A stretch of 64,000 nucleotides of DNA from a virus (lineage: Duplodnaviria > Caudoviricetes): positions 1 through 64,000 of IMG/VR virus record IMGVR_UViG_3300044556_000077; one strand, written 5' to 3'. Both the position numbers and the translations under genes were made by a program. Position 1 is the stretch's first letter, and each line of letters opens with the position of its first letter. The notes beneath the pieces were generated by a model. It worked only from the letters and a program-made list of their open reading frames with translations, searched no databases and was not told where the DNA came from. This document shows, in pieces, positions 19,498 through 29,370 of the stretch.

Positions 19498-21604
19498 ATG
19501 AGCGATTACGAAAAGTATAGAAACAATATTGATTTCATCAAAAGATACTCTAAGGCAATCAACGCATCTTCTGGAAGTGAAGTAGATGCTAATGCTAATG
19601 TAGAGAATAAGAATATTACAACATGCATGGGTGAGATTCCGAAGAGACAGATCATCGGAACTAATAGACTGCTTATGCATGATAAGATTACAGAAATGTA
19701 CGGGGAAGAGCTTGCTGATGAGTATATCAGGCAGCTTGAATCCCATGAGATATATAAACATGATGAAACGTCCATTATGCCTTATTGCGTCAGTATTACT
19801 ATGTATCCTTTTCTCTTTGAAGGACTGAAGAATATTGGTGGTATTTCCACAGCACCAACTAACCTTCAGGCTTTCTTGGGAGCTTTTATTAATCTCGTGT
19901 TTGCTATTGCAAGTCAGTTTGCCGGGGCGGTAGCAACTCCTGAGTTCTTTATGTATATGGATTATTTTATCCGCAAAGAATATGGAGATGATTATTATCT
20001 GCGCTCAGATGAGATTGTATCTCTCGGTAAACATCCAAGAACAATTGATAAAGTAATTACTGACGGATTTGAGCAGGTTGTATATTCAATGAATCAGCCA
20101 GCAGCTGCAAGAAATTTCCAAAGCGTAAACTAAAAATGCGCCTATATTAAGTAATTTATATAGAAAACTCCTTTAATTTCTGGAAACTCTTTCTGAGAAG
20201 AAAGACGATCAGAAGCGAAGCTCTTGATTACAAGAGAACGTTCAACGACTATTGCGAAAGCAAGTACACTATAAGCGTTTGATAGTGGAAATGGGGAGCA
20301 TCCTTTGTAGGATGGTGATATAGTCTGCTCTTCATGGTAACATGAAGCAGTTCATAAGAGAACGCATGTAATGTAGCGAATTACATGGAACATTAGGGTT
20401 TTGGAATGTGGCTTACTTTGATCATCCATACTTTAGCGGTATGTTTGATGGTTTTGTATTCCCAGATGGAAGTGAGCCTAAGTGGGAAAGCTTAAACTGG
20501 CTTCAGAAGAAGTTTATGAAGTGGTTTAACAAGGAAAGACTTAAGACAATTCTTACCTTCCCTGTTGAGACTATGAATCTCCTGAATGATGGGTCTGAAT
20601 ATGTTGACAAAGAATATGAAGATTTCTCCGCTGAGATGTATTCAGAGGGACATTCATTTTTTACATATACAAGTGATTCCGTAGATAGTCTTGCAAGTTG
20701 TTGCAGACTGAAGAATGAGCTTCAGGACAATACTTTCTCTTATACTCTTGGAGCTGGCGGTGTTGCTACAGGTTCTAAGGGAGTTCTTACAATTAATATT
20801 AACAGACTTGTTCAGAATGCAACAAGAAATGGTGTAAATATTTCAGATGCTGTTGCAGAACAGGTTGAGAAATGTCATAAATATCTGCTTGCTTATAATG
20901 CAATTATTACAGATTACTTTAATGCAAGACTTCTGCCTATTTATGACGCAGGATATATTTCTCTTGCAAAGCAGTATTTGACTATTGGTATTAATGGATT
21001 TGTTGAAGGTGCAGAATTCCTTGGAATTAGCATTACTCCGAATGACAGATATTTTGAGTATGGTGAATCTATTCTCAAGCCTATCTATGAACTTAACAAG
21101 GCTGCAAGAACAAAAGATATTATGTTTAACACAGAGTTTGTTCCTGCTGAGAATCTTGGTGTAAAGAATGCCAAGTGGGATAAGGAAGATGGCTATTTTG
21201 TTCCTAGAGATTGCTACAATAGTTACTTCTATCTTGTAGAAGATCCATCAACTAATATTATTGATAAGTTCATTCTTCACGGAAGAAAGCTTACTAAATA
21301 TCTTGATGGCGGTTCTGCTTACCATTGTAATCTTGATGAGCATCTTTCCAAAGAGCAGTATCTAAAACTTGGCAAAGTAGCTATTAAGACTGGATGCACG
21401 TACTGGACATACAATGTCCCAAATACGATTTGTAATGATTGCGGACATATTAGTAAGCATAGACTTGAGAAGTGTCCAAAGTGTGGAAGTGAAAATCTTG
21501 ATTATGCAACTCGTGTAATTGGCTACCTGAAAAGAGTTTCTAAGTTCTCAGCACCTAGAATCAAAGAAGAACATAAGAGGTATTATGGCAGATACAAAGC
21601 GTAG
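19498..21604 (+). CDS. nrdD: Anaerobic ribonucleotide reductase, spliced: join(19498..20126,20398..21604), 611 aa
   Basis: YKHD, PYC; splicing restores ARNFQSV|FWNVAYFD; LASCCRL, VPAE, CNDCG..CPKCG, glycyl-radical RVIGYL. Confidence 0.93.
20127..20397 (+). ncRNA. Group I intron (271 nt, no ORF) in nrdD
   Basis: P1 GCGT/GCGC with U.G; TTCAACGACTA and GATATAGTCT core; terminal G; frame restored. Confidence 0.9.
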
Positions 21605-22040
21605 ATTAAAATATTTAGGATATAGCGTTGTTATGCAGGAAGTGCCAGATGAGATTAGTCTGGTGTTTAATATAAGTGGCTGCCCTCACCATTGTGAGGG
21701 TTGCCATTCTGAATTTTTGTGGGATTATAAAGGAGATTATTTGTCTGACGACTTAGAGCGAGTAATTAATGAGTATTCTGGATTAATTACTTGTGTATGC
21801 TTTATGGGTGGAGATCAGAACATTAAAGAACTTGAATCTTGCTTGAAAACAGTAAAAGATCTTGGTTTGAAAACATGCGTGTATAGCGGATCTGATGACC
21901 AGTCTATCTTTAATGACTGCATGAAATACTTAGACTGGCTTAAGATTGGCAGCTATGATAACACACAGCTTTCTTATGACCATGTTGAATATGGCATTAA
22001 ATTAGCTTCTAAGAATCAGCATATGATCAAAGTACATTAA
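21585..22040 (+). CDS. nrdG: Anaerobic RNR activase (radical SAM)
   Basis: CPHHCEGC (CX3CX2C), FMGGD, LKIGSY. Confidence 0.92.
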   Translation: MADTKRRLKYLGYSVVMQEVPDEISLVFNISGCPHHCEGCHSEFLWDYKGDYLSDDLERVINEYSGLITCVCFMGGDQNIKELESCLKTVKDLGLKTCVYSGSDDQSIFNDCMKYLDWLKIGSYDNTQLSYDHVEYGIKLASKNQHMIKVH

Positions 22041-22128
22041 TATATAAGATAACAGGGAATGAATTACTACTCCCCTTCTTTCGTATTGGGGATATTTAAA
22101 TGAACCAATTCAGAAAGGAGAATGCAAA

Positions 22129-23454
22129 ATGAGAATACATAACGTAAATGTTTTAAATAGAGTTGTGTATATTGAGGATGTAGATTTAATCCAAGGCACA
22201 GCAAAAGAAGATAAAGTAAACCTTACTCTTGATAGCGAATGGGATGGGCTTGAAATTAAGGTGTGTTTCTCGGACGGATATAAGAACAACATTATGCCAG
22301 AGAAAGACTCTAATGGCAACTATGTTGTTCCGTGGGAAGTTATGCAGAAACCGGGTAAGGTTGTTATTTCTGTAATTGGTATTGATGAGAAAACAGAGCA
22401 GATTCTTAAGCATGCCATTGGAGATAAATTTATTGTTCATGAATCTAGTACAAGTGATATTACTGAAATGACGCAGAGAACACCAGAGACATTAAAAGCA
22501 ATGCGTGGATTCTCTGCGTATGATATTGCTAAACAGCATGGCTTTGAAGGTACAGAGGCAGAATGGCTTAGTTCCCTTAAAGGTGATAAGGGAGACAAGG
22601 GAGATCGTGGATTCTCTGCATATGAACTTGCACAGCAAGCAGGGTTTTCTGGAGATGAAGCTGCATGGAGAGCTTCTTTAAAGGGAGACAAAGGAGATCA
22701 AGGTATCCAAGGTATTCAAGGTATTTCTGCATATGAAGTAGCAAAGAAAAACGGATTTAATGGTACTGAAGTAGAATGGTTAGTTTCTCTTAAAGGTAAC
22801 AAGGGCGATAAAGGAGATAAAGGAAACACTGGAGAAAAAGGCGATACTGGTGATTCTGCTTACGCACTTGCGATAAATAATGGATTTAAAGGGACAGAGC
22901 AGCAATGGCTTAGTTCTCTTAAAGGTGATAAGGGAGATAAAGGAGATAAAGGAGATCAAGGAGATCAGGGTATTCAAGGCGTCCAAGGTATCCAAGGTGT
23001 TAAAGGAGACTCCGCTTACACTGTAGCTGTTAATAATGGCTTTAAAGGAAGTGAAACTGATTGGCTTGCTTCTCTTAAGACAGGTATTGGTTGGGCTAAA
23101 GGCTGGACAACTGGTTCTAATGGAACTAACGTTGTACTTCCAGTTAATAGAACAGACATCTCTGATATGATTGTTGTGTATTATATGACAAATGACACTA
23201 CAAATACCCCGTTTGCCTATACATATCTTCCTATGCCAGTATTTGCCAATGTGTCAAGTGAAGGAAATAATATCCCTGCTTCGATGCTTAATCCAGATGC
23301 TGAGACTAAGAACTTAAATATTACTACATCTATTGTCACGGACGGTATTCAGGTAACTGTTGCTGATGGCTCTTACGTTGCTGTTGGAGATACACATTAT
23401 ACAGTAAGTATGAATACCTATTATAAGCTAATGAATGACGGAACTAGTAAATAA
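22129..23454 (+). CDS. BppU-like N-terminus plus collagen-like fibre protein
   Basis: Five SAYxxAxxxGFxGxExxWLxSLK units interspersed with GDK/GIQ collagen triplets. Confidence 0.75.
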   Translation: MRIHNVNVLNRVVYIEDVDLIQGTAKEDKVNLTLDSEWDGLEIKVCFSDGYKNNIMPEKDSNGNYVVPWEVMQKPGKVVISVIGIDEKTEQILKHAIGDKFIVHESSTSDITEMTQRTPETLKAMRGFSAYDIAKQHGFEGTEAEWLSSLKGDKGDKGDRGFSAYELAQQAGFSGDEAAWRASLKGDKGDQGIQGIQGISAYEVAKKNGFNGTEVEWLVSLKGNKGDKGDKGNTGEKGDTGDSAYALAINNGFKGTEQQWLSSLKGDKGDKGDKGDQGDQGIQGVQGIQGVKGDSAYTVAVNNGFKGSETDWLASLKTGIGWAKGWTTGSNGTNVVLPVNRTDISDMIVVYYMTNDTTNTPFAYTYLPMPVFANVSSEGNNIPASMLNPDAETKNLNITTSIVTDGIQVTVADGSYVAVGDTHYTVSMNTYYKLMNDGTSK

Positions 23455-23480
23455 TATATAGGATAAGGGGATGATCAAAT

Positions 23481-23672
23481 ATGGATTTTGATGACGCTGT
23501 AAAAGCAAAAGACAAGATGATGTTTAAGAATATTCTTGAAGATTTTGATCTTGTCTATAATGAGGCTTCTGACCATTTCAAGGGAGAGCCATGTGGTAGG
23601 AATCAGTTTAATATGCTGCTTACTCTGTTTAGAGAGTTTGAGAGACAAAAATATAGAACTGAGAATAACTAA
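23481..23672 (+). CDS. Small hypothetical protein
   Basis: 63-aa ORF with RBS. Confidence 0.6.
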   Translation: MDFDDAVKAKDKMMFKNILEDFDLVYNEASDHFKGEPCGRNQFNMLLTLFREFERQKYRTENN

Positions 23673-23708
23673 TTAGTTTAGATTCCCAAGTGTACAGCTT
23701 GGGAACAT

Positions 23709-23792
23709 GTGAGTATGTCGGAATAGGTAGACGATGTGGACTTAAAATCCACTGGGTGTAAACTCGTGAGGGTTCGAATCCCTCTACTCGCA
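23709..23792 (+). tRNA. tRNA-Leu(TAA)
   Basis: Cloverleaf; anticodon loop CTTAAAA; long variable arm; GGTTCGAATCC; no encoded CCA. Confidence 0.92.
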
Positions 23793-23818
23793 TTGATATT
23801 TATGAAAGGAGGCTTTCT

Positions 23819-24160
23819 ATGCGTAGAGGATCTAATGCAACATTTTACTTTTCTATCCCCTACTCTAAGGATGACATCAAGACACTTTGGCTTACCTTTG
23901 CGCAGAATGGGAAGCTGATCCTTAAGAAAGAGAAAACAGATGTAAACTTTGAAGAAAGAAAAGATACTACTCAGCCACAGCAGATTAATATTACTCTGAC
24001 TCAGGCTGAGACTTTAAAGTTTACATCAAAAGATGCTAATTTCCGCTCTGTACTTGGTGAAGTGCAGTGCAGAATTTTAACAAATGACGGTAATGTCTGG
24101 GCTTCTAAGATTCATACGTTTGACGTTGATGACGTACTTGGTGAAACTGAGATCAGATAA
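23819..24160 (+). CDS. Phage structural protein (BppU-N-like fold)
   Basis: ITLTQAETLKF...VQCRILT motif; RBS AGGAGG. Confidence 0.55.
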   Translation: MRRGSNATFYFSIPYSKDDIKTLWLTFAQNGKLILKKEKTDVNFEERKDTTQPQQINITLTQAETLKFTSKDANFRSVLGEVQCRILTNDGNVWASKIHTFDVDDVLGETEIR

Positions 24161-24171
24161 GAGGTGCAGAC

Positions 24172-24636
24172 ATGGCTAGTTTAAGAGAATATTTAATGCA
24201 TCGCTTTGACGATGATGATAACTCTGTTAACTCTGATAATATCGATGAAAATATCGGTGTAAGCGATGGTTCAGACGATGGTTCTTTATCTGAAGGTACA
24301 GAAGAAACATTTAATGATAATGTAGCTGAAGCAATGAATGCACAGGATAAAGACTATAACCATCTAATTAATCACCCTTATTTGAATGGTAAAGAATTAG
24401 TTGGTCACGTTAAACTGACTGCCAATGATATTGACGGGGTTAAAGAGATAAATGACAAGGTAGATGAGATTGATAAGGAATTACCTAGCTTGATTGAAAA
24501 GACATCACGAATTAAAGACACTCCTACTGATGATACTGATTTAACTACAAAGAAGTATGTAGACAGCAAAGAGATTGATGGTCAGGCTTGGACTGATGAA
24601 GAGATTGCAAATATTGTGAATACAGCATTTCTGTAG
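24172..24636 (+). CDS. Fibre-associated hypothetical protein
   Basis: DYNHLINHPYLNGKELVG and TTKKYVD fibre-type motifs. Confidence 0.55.
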   Translation: MASLREYLMHRFDDDDNSVNSDNIDENIGVSDGSDDGSLSEGTEETFNDNVAEAMNAQDKDYNHLINHPYLNGKELVGHVKLTANDIDGVKEINDKVDEIDKELPSLIEKTSRIKDTPTDDTDLTTKKYVDSKEIDGQAWTDEEIANIVNTAFL

Positions 24637-24648
24637 GAGGTGTTTTCT

Positions 24649-24900
24649 ATGAGTTTTAGATTTTTTAACAGCACCGAGCTTCAGAACTATACAAACCTGA
24701 TTGTAACAAAGGTTAAAGCTTTAATTGCTCCAAAAGCAGATAAAGCTACTACATTGTCTGGTTACGGCATCGGAGATGCGTATACTAAAACTGAAACAGA
24801 TGCTAAAGTTTCGGGACTTGCTCATATTTATCATGGTACAACTGAGCCATCCTCTTCTCTTGGTAATGATGGTGATTTATATATATTATATTCAGAATAG
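24649..24900 (+). CDS. Small fibre-repeat protein
   Basis: KADKATTLSGYGIGDAYTKTETD and GTTEPSSSLGNDGDLYI motifs. Confidence 0.65.
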   Translation: MSFRFFNSTELQNYTNLIVTKVKALIAPKADKATTLSGYGIGDAYTKTETDAKVSGLAHIYHGTTEPSSSLGNDGDLYILYSE

Positions 24901-24913
24901 GAGTGATGATTAG

Positions 24914-25846
24914 ATGGCAACTTACGATTTAACTACGTCTACACCTACTTCTATTAAAGCAGGAGATATTTTAAACATCCCCTACTCTGGAAGAGCTATC
25001 TCTATTAAATTAAATAAAGGAAAGTATAAAATTGAATGTTGGGGTGCAGAAGGTGGATACCGATTTCATAGTTCATATAGTGGTAAAGGTGGATATTCTA
25101 TAGGTACTGTTACTACAACATCTCAGGAAATGTTTTACATATATGTAGGTGGATCTGGAAATACTGGCAAAACTAATGGCGGTTTTAACGGTGGCGGTAA
25201 ACGTAATACCTATAATGGCGGTGGCGGTGCTACTGATGTTAGGTATCAAACAGATTCATTATATGCAAGACTAATTGTTGCTGGCGGTGGTGGATCTGAT
25301 GGTGCTTCGTCTAAACAAGGCGGAGCTGGTGGCGGTGCTACTGCTCAAAATTCTGTAGCAACAGATTATGGTAATGGTGGATACGGTGGTACTCAAACAG
25401 GAAATTCCGGTGGTACTGGATGGGTTGCTACTGCTCAGTCTGCAAACACATCATCGCAAGCTGATTGTTACTCTGGATTTGGATTCGGTGGTAATGGTAT
25501 TGCTTATTCAAGTGGTTACGGCGGTGCTGGTGGTGGTGGCTGGTACGGAGGTACTGGCACTTATCCTGATGGTTCTGGTGATGATGATAAAGCTGGTGGT
25601 GGTGGCTCTGGATATATTTATACTAGTTCTACTGCTTCAAATTATCCATCTGGGTGCTTATTAAATAGTTCGTTATATTTGACTGATGCATCTACAACAA
25701 TTGGAACAAGTAGTTTTACATCGCCTACTGGTACTTCTGAAACAGGTCATTCAGGTGATGGATATGCCAGAATTACTGTAATTGAATCCACTCCCCCTAC
25801 CACATTCTACTTGAAGATTAATGGCGTTTGGAAGGTGGTTGCATGA
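24914..25846 (+). CDS. Glycine-rich domain virion protein (putative receptor binding)
   Basis: ECWGAEGG, GGGATD, AGGGG, GGGWYGG, GDGYARIT. Confidence 0.8.
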   Translation: MATYDLTTSTPTSIKAGDILNIPYSGRAISIKLNKGKYKIECWGAEGGYRFHSSYSGKGGYSIGTVTTTSQEMFYIYVGGSGNTGKTNGGFNGGGKRNTYNGGGGATDVRYQTDSLYARLIVAGGGGSDGASSKQGGAGGGATAQNSVATDYGNGGYGGTQTGNSGGTGWVATAQSANTSSQADCYSGFGFGGNGIAYSSGYGGAGGGGWYGGTGTYPDGSGDDDKAGGGGSGYIYTSSTASNYPSGCLLNSSLYLTDASTTIGTSSFTSPTGTSETGHSGDGYARITVIESTPPTTFYLKINGVWKVVA

Positions 25847-26466
25847 GTACGACTTTAATTAACTTACTTCCAAACTCGGATTTTACATCAGGATGGACAG
25901 TTAACGCTAACTGTACAATTGAATTTAGTACAGAACAACATTTGATTGGAAATAAGTCTCTTAAGTTAACTTCAACGAATACAAGTTCAACTGAAAGTTT
26001 GGTTAACAATTCAACTAATATTCCATTAATCAAAGGGCATAAATATTATGTGCGTTGTAATATTTATGTACCTAATTCTATGATAACTTCTGGAATGCAA
26101 TGCTACACGCCTATTGCAGAGCCTTTATTCGGTAATTTATATAAATCTGGTTCTACAAGTCAGAAGTTAGAATCAACTGATATAAATAAATGGGTACAGC
26201 TTAGTTGTATTAACACAAGAGATAATTGGGATTCTGGGAATTATCCTTTTAGATTTGATGTTGAAAATATTGTATCACCTAATTATGTTTATCTGGATGG
26301 TGCAATGTTTATAGATTTAACTGCTTGCTATGGTTCTGGTAAAGAGCCAGATAAAGCAACACTTGATAATATACCTTATTTTTCTGATAAAAAAGTTATA
26401 AATCAGGAAGGCGTATGGTTAAAAGTAAATAATAAATGGGTTTGTGTAAGACCCTATTATGGATAA
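25843..26466 (+). CDS. Carbohydrate-binding-module-like virion protein
   Basis: NLLPNSDF...W, GHKYY, YLDGAMFIDLT..GKEP motifs. Confidence 0.6.
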   Translation: MSTTLINLLPNSDFTSGWTVNANCTIEFSTEQHLIGNKSLKLTSTNTSSTESLVNNSTNIPLIKGHKYYVRCNIYVPNSMITSGMQCYTPIAEPLFGNLYKSGSTSQKLESTDINKWVQLSCINTRDNWDSGNYPFRFDVENIVSPNYVYLDGAMFIDLTACYGSGKEPDKATLDNIPYFSDKKVINQEGVWLKVNNKWVCVRPYYG

Positions 26467-26498
26467 CTAATCCATCTACAGTTTAAGGAAGGAGTTGA

Positions 26499-27209
26499 GT
26501 GATGGGAAAAGTTATTTTTAGAGATACGGAACTCTCGTCTAGTAATTCAACCTATGAATTAGCTGTAGCTAATGGATATAAGGGAACTAAAGAAGAGTTC
26601 TACAAAATGCTTATTACTGTCAGTGATAAAGCGAATAAGTCAGATACATATACTAAGACTGAAGTAGATACAGCTATTAATAATCATAAGATTGATGTTG
26701 ACTCTGCTCTTAGTGATACTAGCGAAAACCCTGTACAAAATAAGATTATTACTAGTGCTTTAAATGGTACTTTAAAAAAGTGGGTTGGAACTAAAGCTGA
26801 TTATGATAAGCTGACTAGTTATGATGATAACACTATTTATATTGTAACCGATCAAGATGGAGATACGAGTGTAGACAGTAAGTCATTTGCACAGCATGTA
26901 CAGAATACTAATAACCCTCATAAGGTAACGGCTTCTCAGGTAGGTGCTTTAGCTAAGAGCGATATTCAGATTGTAACTGCTACGCTTACTGCTAGTTTGT
27001 GGAGTAATAAGCAGTATAGCTTTGAGTCTACCTACCCTTCTGCTAAGTATGATGTAGAAGTTGGTATTAATGGTGATTCTGCTACAGATGATCAGTATAA
27101 AGCTTGGGCTAGTTTAAAACCTATGGATAGTATGAGTAATATTTTAAAGATTAAAGGGAAAGTGCCTACGGTGGATATTCCAGTTATTTTAAAGGTGGTG
27201 AGTAAGTAA
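26499..27209 (+). CDS. Tail/head fibre protein
   Basis: VDSALSDTSENPVQNK, WVGTKADYDKL..DDNTIYIV, NPHKVTASQVG fibre motifs. Confidence 0.7.
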   Translation: MMGKVIFRDTELSSSNSTYELAVANGYKGTKEEFYKMLITVSDKANKSDTYTKTEVDTAINNHKIDVDSALSDTSENPVQNKIITSALNGTLKKWVGTKADYDKLTSYDDNTIYIVTDQDGDTSVDSKSFAQHVQNTNNPHKVTASQVGALAKSDIQIVTATLTASLWSNKQYSFESTYPSAKYDVEVGINGDSATDDQYKAWASLKPMDSMSNILKIKGKVPTVDIPVILKVVSK

Positions 27210-28486
27210 TGGCACTTACAGTTAGAGGAGCAGGCGGCGGAGCGGCTTTTCCGAAGTCGCTTAAGGTTACTACTGCTCCAACAAAAGCAACGTATACAGC
27301 AGGAGACAAGCTCGATCTGACTGGTCTGGTCGTGACGGTCACTTACAGCGATAACTCCACAGAGACAGTCACCTGCACAGCATCACCTGCCGCAGGTACA
27401 GTGCTCTACGAATCAACCAAATCCGTCACCCTGTCATGGGCATGGCCGGACGACACGAGCGTAGTGCTGACAACGGATCTCAGCATCACTGTCAACCGTG
27501 TGCTCAGCTCCATCGCGCTGACAGCGCCTACTAAAACAACCTACTACAAGGGTGATGCAATGAACTGGACCGGCGCTAAGGTTACAGCAACATTTACATC
27601 AGGGGCTACAGCAGACGTGACCAGCTCAACAACATTTTCTCCTGCCGCAGGAGCGGCGTTAAGCACATTTGGCACGCAGACAGCAACCGCAAGCTACACA
27701 GAGAACAGCGTGACCAAGACAGCCAGCACGAGCATTAAAGTCACCGCTAAAGTCGTCACATGGTCTGCTGGAACAGATGAAGAGATCGTCAATATGGTCG
27801 GCGCAGCTGATGCAGGACTGCTCAAGCTGAGCGACTACTGGACGGTCGGCGACACGAGGAGCATCAGCCTCTCCGCCATGTCGGCAACCGGAGTTGGAGA
27901 AAGCCATGCCGCACAGTCCGCAGACTTCGTGCTCATGAACGCTGGCGGCAAGACGCTGACCAGCGGAAAGACGTGCTCCTTTGTGGTTGGAATGAAGAAC
28001 TGTCTGAAAGAAACTGGCTACATGAATTCTTCCGATACCTCAACTACAGGGTGGGACAAATGCGCAAGGCGTACCTGGTGCAATAGCGTGTTCTATGATT
28101 CAATTCCTTCTTCGATCAGAGGGATCTTCAAAAAGTGCAAGAATGTAACGGCCAGCACCGGAGGAAATACCTCAGCGAGTCTTACTACATCTGAAGATTA
28201 CTTCGCTCTGCCAGCGGAAAAGGAAATCTTCGGTGATGGATACGGCTACAGCGGAAAGGGATACGCTGCAAATACTGAGGCAGCGTCATCTGACCTTTCG
28301 CAGTTCACCTGGTATGCTACGGCGGCAAACAGAATCAAGCAAGTTAATGGGTCAAACAGTTGGTGGTGGGAGCGCTCGCCTTATGGCGGCTATGTCCACG
28401 CTTTCTGCCTTGTTCGCAGCGATGGTAGTGCCTTTAACTTCTATGCCAGCGTCGCGCACGGGCTTGCGCCTTTTGGCTGTATATAA
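27209..28486 (+). CDS. DGR target protein 1: two Ig-like (Big_3-type) repeats plus C-terminal C-type-lectin-like variable domain
   Basis: APTKATYTAGDKLDLTGLVV / APTKTTYYKGD; WWWERSP...GLAPFGCI; 3' end matches TR. Confidence 0.9.
   Translation: MALTVRGAGGGAAFPKSLKVTTAPTKATYTAGDKLDLTGLVVTVTYSDNSTETVTCTASPAAGTVLYESTKSVTLSWAWPDDTSVVLTTDLSITVNRVLSSIALTAPTKTTYYKGDAMNWTGAKVTATFTSGATADVTSSTTFSPAAGAALSTFGTQTATASYTENSVTKTASTSIKVTAKVVTWSAGTDEEIVNMVGAADAGLLKLSDYWTVGDTRSISLSAMSATGVGESHAAQSADFVLMNAGGKTLTSGKTCSFVVGMKNCLKETGYMNSSDTSTTGWDKCARRTWCNSVFYDSIPSSIRGIFKKCKNVTASTGGNTSASLTTSEDYFALPAEKEIFGDGYGYSGKGYAANTEAASSDLSQFTWYATAANRIKQVNGSNSWWWERSPYGGYVHAFCLVRSDGSAFNFYASVAHGLAPFGCI
28373..28482 (+). repeat. DGR variable repeat VR1
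   Basis: Ungapped match to TR 29094-29203; 23 mismatches counted, all opposite TR adenines. Confidence 0.95.
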
Positions 28487-28499
28487 TCTAGAATCTCAA

Positions 28500-28526
28500 T
28501 AATCCGCTGCGCTATGCAGCGGATTA
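28500..28526 (+). promoter_or_regulatory. DGR target-recognition hairpin/cruciform downstream of IMH
   Basis: TAATCCGCTGC-GCTAT-GCAGCGGATTA 11-bp inverted repeat just after VR1. Confidence 0.75.
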
Positions 28527-28603
28527 CCATAGATATGATTAAGTATAAGCCATTAATTACTACAAAATTAAACAAACTTATAAGGGTAAAAGGAGAAATA
28601 AAA

Positions 28604-29038
28604 ATGAGTGTTCCATCATGGAAACGCAATAAATCAAAGGTTGAATTTTTACGCTTACTAATGGAATTAAACATCAATTTAGGTAAGATTGTAAATAACA
28701 AACCAAAAAAATATAAAACTAATTATGGCGATCATCTGATTCAGACTGGATTAAAAGCTTTAGAACTTGCACAAATAGCTAATTCTATTTATATGACTAA
28801 AACAACAAGTATTGACGATTATAAGCAACGTAGAAATTTGTTTTTAAAAGCTAGAGGATGTGTAGAACATATATCAACCGCTTCTTATATATACTTAGAA
28901 TTATGTAAAAACTCAAATGAAGTAAAATTTGAACGAGTTTTAAAAGAAGAAGAGTATATTGGCTCTACTTGCAATGATATTTATAAAGCTATTTCAGGAG
29001 TATTAAAATCAGATAAAGCTTTAATAAAAAATAGTTAG
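28604..29038 (+). CDS. avd: DGR accessory variability determinant (four-helix bundle)
   Basis: MSVPSWKRNKSKVEF...ANSIY...RR motif; basic; between target and TR; RBS AAGGAG before ATG 28604. Confidence 0.8.
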   Translation: MSVPSWKRNKSKVEFLRLLMELNINLGKIVNNKPKKYKTNYGDHLIQTGLKALELAQIANSIYMTKTTSIDDYKQRRNLFLKARGCVEHISTASYIYLELCKNSNEVKFERVLKEEEYIGSTCNDIYKAISGVLKSDKALIKNS

Positions 29039-29093
29039 AAATATTTAAATATTAAACATATATAAGTTATTTCTTCGGTTATTTTCTGCATGA

Positions 29094-29203
29094 CGCTCGC
29101 CTAATGGCAACAATATCAACAATTTCTGCAATGTTAACAGCGATGGTAGTGCCAATAACAACAATGCCAGCAACACGAACGGGCTTGCGCCTTTTGGATA
29201 TAT
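29094..29203 (+). ncRNA. DGR template repeat (TR)
   Basis: AAC/AAT-rich non-coding copy of VR1 between avd and RT. Confidence 0.95.
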
Positions 29204-29370
29204 TTACTAGTCAGTTGAGTAGCTTAAAGTGAAAACAGTACATTCTGGATACAGGAGAGAATGACCGAGCCTTTAACGGCAAATAGAGATCATGGCTGTT
29301 TATTACAAGTTAATAAACAAAGCATTATGTTATGCGCATGATGTAAACAGGATAAGATTGAGGATGAATT

